A stretch of 64,000 bases of DNA from Candidatus Omnitrophota bacterium (GTDB lineage: Bacteria; Omnitrophota; Gorgyraeia; JAZDFF01), in the NCBI GenBank assembly GCA_043808095.1, contig JAZDFF010000042.1:137364-201363 (forward strand), read 5' to 3'. Every line of letters begins with the position of its first letter. Position 1 is the stretch's first letter. The position numbers and the translations under genes were made by a program. Below the pieces are notes generated by a model, which searched no databases, was not told where the DNA came from, and worked only from the letters and a program-made list of their open reading frames with translations. This document shows positions 59,850 to 64,000 of the stretch, piece by piece.

Positions 59850-61276
59850 TTTTTACGCATCAACTTCTTTATTAAGCGAATAAGCATAAGAAAACTACCT
59901 AGAATACCACTCTTTCTTAACATGGGTATAATCCTCCAGGGGACAGAATATATCCTCAGAAACCCATCGTTTTGTAAGGCGATAAGGTCTTGAGCAGATA
60001 AATCGTTGACAGCCATTACCGCTGAGCCGTAACGACGGTATTTTGAGAAATCCTCGCTTAATAATCTTAGACCGTATTCTCCTTTTTTAGCCATCTCAAA
60101 AAGTTCAGTTCCAGGATAAGGCGTTGCGATACTAAAATTTGCCTGATGAACTTCACGGGCATTCTCTAGGTAAATAAGAGTTTTTTCTACTGACTTACGG
60201 GTTTCACAAGGTAAACCAATCATCACAGAATTCAGGGTTTCTATTTTGTATTTATTTGTAAGGCGGTTAGCGATGAGATAACTTTCCAAAGGAACATCTT
60301 TTTTTATGACCTTGCGGACTTGGGGGTCAGTTGTTTCAAGCCCAAACGAAAGCCTAATCAATCCAGTTTGTGCCATTGTTGAGATGAGTTCTTCGTCTAC
60401 AAGATTCGCACGGGTGCTACCCTCAAAGGTAATTGACAGTTTTTCTTTTTTCAACATAGAGCAAATTTTTAAAATGTGATCCCTGTCAAGAGTAAGGGTG
60501 TCATCAAGAAAGATAAAATGCCTGATATTAAATTCAGAAATTACTGATTTAATTTCATCAATAACCAATTGCACAGACCTCTTCCTTACGTGAGATCCAA
60601 AAACTTTAGTACTGCAAAATATACATTTAAAGGGACAGCCTCGCGTTGTCATAATAGTAGTAAAGTTCTTTCTGCCGTGTAAAGTTCCTATGCCATATTC
60701 GTGCGTCTTTAATAAGTGCCGCGCAGGAATGGGTAATGAATCAATAGCATCAATAGCATCAGGCATGCCAGTGAATATAATCTCGTTATCCCTCCTATAA
60801 AGAAGGCCTTTTATATTTGAAATGTCTTTTTTAGATGCATAGCAATCTAAAAATTTTGACCAAGATTCTTCTGCCTCTCCGATAAATCCATAATCAAAAG
60901 ATGGACTAAAAACTTTCTCTCTTAAGATGCTTATATGGGGCCCTCCGATAATTATAGGGATATCTCTATTATCCTGTTTAAGACTTCGAGCAAGTTCAGC
61001 AGCTATATGGTAAAAAGGTGTAGTTGCCGTTATTCCAATAATGTCTGGTTTAAAAACATGTGACTCTCGTATCATTTTATTAATAGAAATATTTTCAGCC
61101 TCTCCGTCGATAATTTTTACTCTATGACCTTTTTTCTCTGCAATCGCTGCCAGGTATGCCAAATTCAGAGGGGGCCATGTAGAAGCTTTCTTTGCAAAAT
61201 GAGAAAATATACCATATTCACTCGTCCATCTTGGAAACAATAACATAATATTCATCTTATTTACCAGCTTTATCAA
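59846..61276 (-). CDS. B12-binding domain radical SAM protein (class B rSAM) paralog 9
   Basis: 476 aa with IIGITATT, IIIGGPHISILR, TTRGCPFKCIFCS and ATPYPGTELF. Confidence 0.85.
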   Translation of the reverse strand: MIKLVNKMNIMLLFPRWTSEYGIFSHFAKKASTWPPLNLAYLAAIAEKKGHRVKIIDGEAENISINKMIRESHVFKPDIIGITATTPFYHIAAELARSLKQDNRDIPIIIGGPHISILREKVFSPSFDYGFIGEAEESWSKFLDCYASKKDISNIKGLLYRRDNEIIFTGMPDAIDAIDSLPIPARHLLKTHEYGIGTLHGRKNFTTIMTTRGCPFKCIFCSTKVFGSHVRKRSVQLVIDEIKSVISEFNIRHFIFLDDTLTLDRDHILKICSMLKKEKLSITFEGSTRANLVDEELISTMAQTGLIRLSFGLETTDPQVRKVIKKDVPLESYLIANRLTNKYKIETLNSVMIGLPCETRKSVEKTLIYLENAREVHQANFSIATPYPGTELFEMAKKGEYGLRLLSEDFSKYRRYGSAVMAVNDLSAQDLIALQNDGFLRIYSVPWRIIPMLRKSGILGSFLMLIRLIKKLMRKK

Positions 61277-61334
61277 TTCTTAAAAGGTATTTTCCCCTAT
61301 TCCGTATTTTTTTAGAATAGTACATCAATATGTC

Positions 61335-61362
61335 ATATTAAATGCCGGGTTAAATTCTGCAA
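61335..61362 (-). promoter_or_regulatory. candidate sigma70-like promoter (TTGCAG-16 nt-TAATAT on minus strand) in the 133-nt gap upstream of rSAM9
   Basis: On the minus strand the sequence reads ttgcag aatttaacccggcatt taatat, about 60 nt upstream of the ATG at 61276. This is one of only about seven intergenic gaps over 100 nt in the window. Confidence 0.25.
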
Positions 61363-61409
61363 GTTAATGCTTTTTATTGACTATAGTCGGTATAGCGGTT
61401 AAAAAACAA

Positions 61410-62339
61410 TTAATGAACGGATGTTTTAAACCAGGCATAAGTCTTCACTATGCCTTCTCTTAAAGGAATTCTTGGCCTCCACCCTAACCTTTTTATCTTA
61501 TTGATGTCTAAAAGTTTCTGATGAGTACCATCGGGTTTTGACTTGTCGAATATTATCTCTCCTTTAAATCCAACGATGTCTTTTATAAGTAACGCCAATT
61601 CTTTAATTGAGATATCTTGCCCATAACCGACATTAATAATTTCTGAGTCATGATAGTTATCCATCAAGAAAAAGCATGCCCGGACCACATCATCTTTATA
61701 AAGGAATTCTCTTAGGGGTTTACCGCTCCCCCAAACGCTTACCTTTGTTTCTTTTTTAATTTTGGCTTCATGGAATTTTCGTATCAGAACGCTTATTACA
61801 TGAGAGGTCTTGAAGTCAAAATTATCATTTGGGCCAAAGACTGTTGCGGGAATTGCAGAAATGAATCTCGTTCCATACTGCTTATTGTATGCCTGACACA
61901 TTTTTATCCCGGCAATTTTAGCAATTGCGTAGGGTTCGTTGGTTATCTCTAATGGTCCTGTTAATAAATACTCTTCTTTCATAGGCTGGGGACATTCCGC
62001 AGGATAAACACAAGAACTAGCAAAAAAAAGGAGCTTTTTAACCTTAGTCTTATAAGCGGCATCGATAATATTTGTCTGAATTGCAAGATTTCTATAAATC
62101 AATTCTGCTGGATAAGCAATATTTGCCCCGATGCCGCCTTCCTTGATGGGTGTTAATACGCAGTAATCTGGCTTTTCCTTCTTAAAAAAAGAGTAAACTG
62201 ATTTCTGGTCAGTAAATTTCACTTCGGATTGATCGGCTAAAATTAAGTTAACAAAGCCCTCTTTTTTTAAATAACGCACTATGCCTGAGCCGACTAAATC
62301 TCTGTGGCCAAAAATAAATATCATGGATTTTCTATTCAT
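61410..62339 (-). CDS. fcl: GDP-L-fucose synthase (GDP-4-keto-6-deoxy-D-mannose 3,5-epimerase/4-reductase)
   Basis: 309 aa, alignable by eye to E. coli Fcl: IFGHRDLVGSGI, NIAYPAELIYRNLAIQTNII, LLFFASSCVYP, TNEPYAIAKIAGIK, FGPNDNF, ISVLIRKFHEAK and KPDGTHQKLLD. Confidence 0.9.
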   Translation of the reverse strand: MNRKSMIFIFGHRDLVGSGIVRYLKKEGFVNLILADQSEVKFTDQKSVYSFFKKEKPDYCVLTPIKEGGIGANIAYPAELIYRNLAIQTNIIDAAYKTKVKKLLFFASSCVYPAECPQPMKEEYLLTGPLEITNEPYAIAKIAGIKMCQAYNKQYGTRFISAIPATVFGPNDNFDFKTSHVISVLIRKFHEAKIKKETKVSVWGSGKPLREFLYKDDVVRACFFLMDNYHDSEIINVGYGQDISIKELALLIKDIVGFKGEIIFDKSKPDGTHQKLLDINKIKRLGWRPRIPLREGIVKTYAWFKTSVH

Positions 62340-62342
62340 AAC

Positions 62343-63542
62343 TTATTTCACTTTAGATAAAAAATCTCTTATTGTCTTGAGGACATAATCTAGTTCCTCT
62401 CTGCCTATATCTTGATGAATACCGATATGAAAACCATTATCACCCATGTACTCAGCATTTGGAAAATCACCTAATTTATAGCCTAAGAGTTTAAAACCTG
62501 GACACTGGGTGGGCATTGACAGAAATAGACTTCGCGTATCGATTCCTTTTTTTTCCAAGAAATAAACTAACTTATCTCGAGTAAATTTAGCCCCTTCGCC
62601 AATGATTATGGGCAGTGCGTGAGGCCCGATTTGTTCATCAGGACCTTCTTCAATAGTATAGAGACAAGACTTGAATTCTATAAATTTCTCTATCATATAT
62701 AAAAGATTTTTACGTCTTTTTCTAAGAATCTGGGGGTAGACCTCAATATTTCCCAGGCCGATAGCCGCCTCTAATTCATTCATCTTGCTGGAGAAACCGA
62801 TACGCTCGAAGATAAATCTTATATCCCTGTTTTCGCCATATTTAAATCTCTTATCGCAATAACCAGAAGCAGTGTTCAATACACAACTTTCGCATTTACA
62901 AGCCCTTCCGTGGGCTCTTAAAGATCTAAGGATTTCTGCAAAATCTCCTCTATCAGTAACCACCATTCCTCCCTCAATAGTAGTTATCATATGTGCTACA
63001 TACAGGCTAAAGGCTGCCATATCACCAAGGGTACCTATATTCCTACCCTTATAAAGAGACCCGTATGCCTCAGCTGCATCTTCAATGACAAACACTCTGC
63101 GTTTCTTAGCAATGCTGTTTATTGTATCCATATCAGCAGGTTTACCCATAAGGTGCACGGGCATTATTGCCTTTGTCCTTCTTGTTATAACTCGTTCAAT
63201 CTTATAAGGGTCGATATTCAAGGTTTTTCTGTCTATATCTACAAAGACGGGTTTAAAGCCTGCCTGCAAAACTGCATTGCCTGTTGCCACAAAAGATAAG
63301 GCCGGAACAATAATCTCATCCCCTCTTCTTGCACCAAAATCATAAAGCACCGCCAAGGCCAAGGCAACGGCATCTGTCCCGGAACTGACTGCAACCGCTT
63401 CTTTATTTCCTATTAGTTCAGCAAAGCGCTTTTCAAATTCTCTCACAAATTTACCGCTGGAAACCCTATTAGAGCGGAGTATCTCTTTAATAAGTTTCTT
63501 GGATTTATCAGTTATGGTAATGGTACCAAATGTAATTTTCAT
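62343..63542 (-). CDS. DegT-family aminotransferase, GDP-perosamine-synthase-like (NDP-4-keto-6-deoxyhexose 4-aminotransferase)
   Basis: 399 aa with VSSGTDAVALAL, DAAEAYGS and AFSLYVAHMITTIEGGMV. The Cys-rich insert HGRACKCESCVLN is unusual for the family, and the gene is adjacent to fcl. Confidence 0.8.
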   Translation of the reverse strand: MKITFGTITITDKSKKLIKEILRSNRVSSGKFVREFEKRFAELIGNKEAVAVSSGTDAVALALAVLYDFGARRGDEIIVPALSFVATGNAVLQAGFKPVFVDIDRKTLNIDPYKIERVITRRTKAIMPVHLMGKPADMDTINSIAKKRRVFVIEDAAEAYGSLYKGRNIGTLGDMAAFSLYVAHMITTIEGGMVVTDRGDFAEILRSLRAHGRACKCESCVLNTASGYCDKRFKYGENRDIRFIFERIGFSSKMNELEAAIGLGNIEVYPQILRKRRKNLLYMIEKFIEFKSCLYTIEEGPDEQIGPHALPIIIGEGAKFTRDKLVYFLEKKGIDTRSLFLSMPTQCPGFKLLGYKLGDFPNAEYMGDNGFHIGIHQDIGREELDYVLKTIRDFLSKVK

Positions 63543-63549
63543 TATCTTT

Positions 63550-63957
63550 TTACCTTCTTTTTCTTTCAGAAATCCACTTTACTATAGTTTTAACTACACT
63601 TTTTGTATCTAAACAACATAATTCATGTAACCGTTCTCTGCCTCCGTATTCAAAATAATATCTGTCGCAAATGCCCAAACGTTTTAAGCGACAAGACTTC
63701 TCATTATCGCTCAAGACCTCGGCCATAATACTGCCGATACCGCCTATTACAAAATGTTCTTCCAGTGTTAGTATATTTTCATAATTATCCAATATTTCTA
63801 ATAGCAACTTTACATTAAGCGGCTTGATTCTATACAAATCAACTACACCTGCATCAATAGAATGTTTAGATAATTCATTTGCTATCTGGAGTGCTCGATA
63901 AACCATTACGCCAGTTGAAATTATACATAGATTACTTCCCTTCTTAAGATTGACCAA
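63550..63957 (-). CDS. transketolase-family C-terminal domain only (TK_C); fragment, split subunit or frameshifted gene at the window edge
   Basis: 135 aa. LCIISTGVMVYRALQIANEL..IDAGVVDLYRIKPLNVKLL..ILTLEEHFVIGGIGS matches the transketolase/DXS C-terminal domain. The frame is closed by TAA/TAG stops immediately upstream (TTG start), and the pyrimidine-binding domain is missing in this frame. Confidence 0.45.
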   Translation of the reverse strand: MVNLKKGSNLCIISTGVMVYRALQIANELSKHSIDAGVVDLYRIKPLNVKLLLEILDNYENILTLEEHFVIGGIGSIMAEVLSDNEKSCRLKRLGICDRYYFEYGGRERLHELCCLDTKSVVKTIVKWISERKRR

Positions 63958-64000
63958 ACCATTAGAAAAATTTATCTTTTTATTGCTATATAAAAGTGGC

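Noticed and set aside
1-64000. Genomic island or mobile element interpretation of the cluster
   Set aside because: No integrase, transposase, IS inverted repeats, flanking tRNA or direct repeats are visible in the window, and the composition looks uniform by eye.
1-64000. CRISPR arrays or other regular short direct repeats
   Set aside because: I saw no periodic repeat-spacer structure on either strand. The only repetition found is at protein level (8616..9821).

Overview
The whole 64-kb window is one unidirectional block: about 55 genes, all on the minus strand, packed tightly with many 1-23 nt start/stop overlaps. The DNA is visibly AT-rich and the proteins are rich in K/I/N. I found no rRNA, tRNA, CRISPR array, transposase or integrase. 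Gene content is a bacterial-type cell-surface glycan supercluster. It contains three Wzx-like flippases and an O-antigen-ligase/Wzy-like protein (SRGAWLG motif). There is a WecA/MraY-type initiating transferase, at least 8 GT4 and 4 GT2 glycosyltransferases, and at least 4 GT-C (PMT_2/ArnT-like) membrane transferases. Nucleotide-sugar enzymes include three DegT aminotransferases, an FdtA-like ketoisomerase, UXS-like, SDR and RmlD-like dehydratases/reductases, Fcl, an NDP-sugar pyrophosphorylase, a NeuB-GNAT nonulosonic-acid synthase fusion and a CMP-sugar synthetase. There are also four class I SAM methyltransferases, two SGNH hydrolases, a CE4 deacetylase, a FemAB-like protein and AsnB. The unusual part is nine diverged paralogous B12-binding radical SAM (class B rSAM) genes scattered through this cluster. 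Each has an intact CxxxCxxC radical SAM motif and an N-terminal Rossmann-like cobalamin-binding domain; a GGxHx(S/T) motif is kept in 7 of the 9. Several are translationally coupled to GT4, GT2, GT-C or Wzx genes. I could not find a described system in which a glycan locus carries this many cobalamin-dependent radical SAM enzymes, and I think this is the candidate novel system: a radical-SAM/B12-tailored surface glycan (C-methylated or otherwise radically modified sugars). A Wzx gene omitted from the ORF track because it runs off the window start was recovered by manual translation (1..1158, minus strand). The ORF track treats TTG/GTG as starts, so several listed 5' ends are probably too long.
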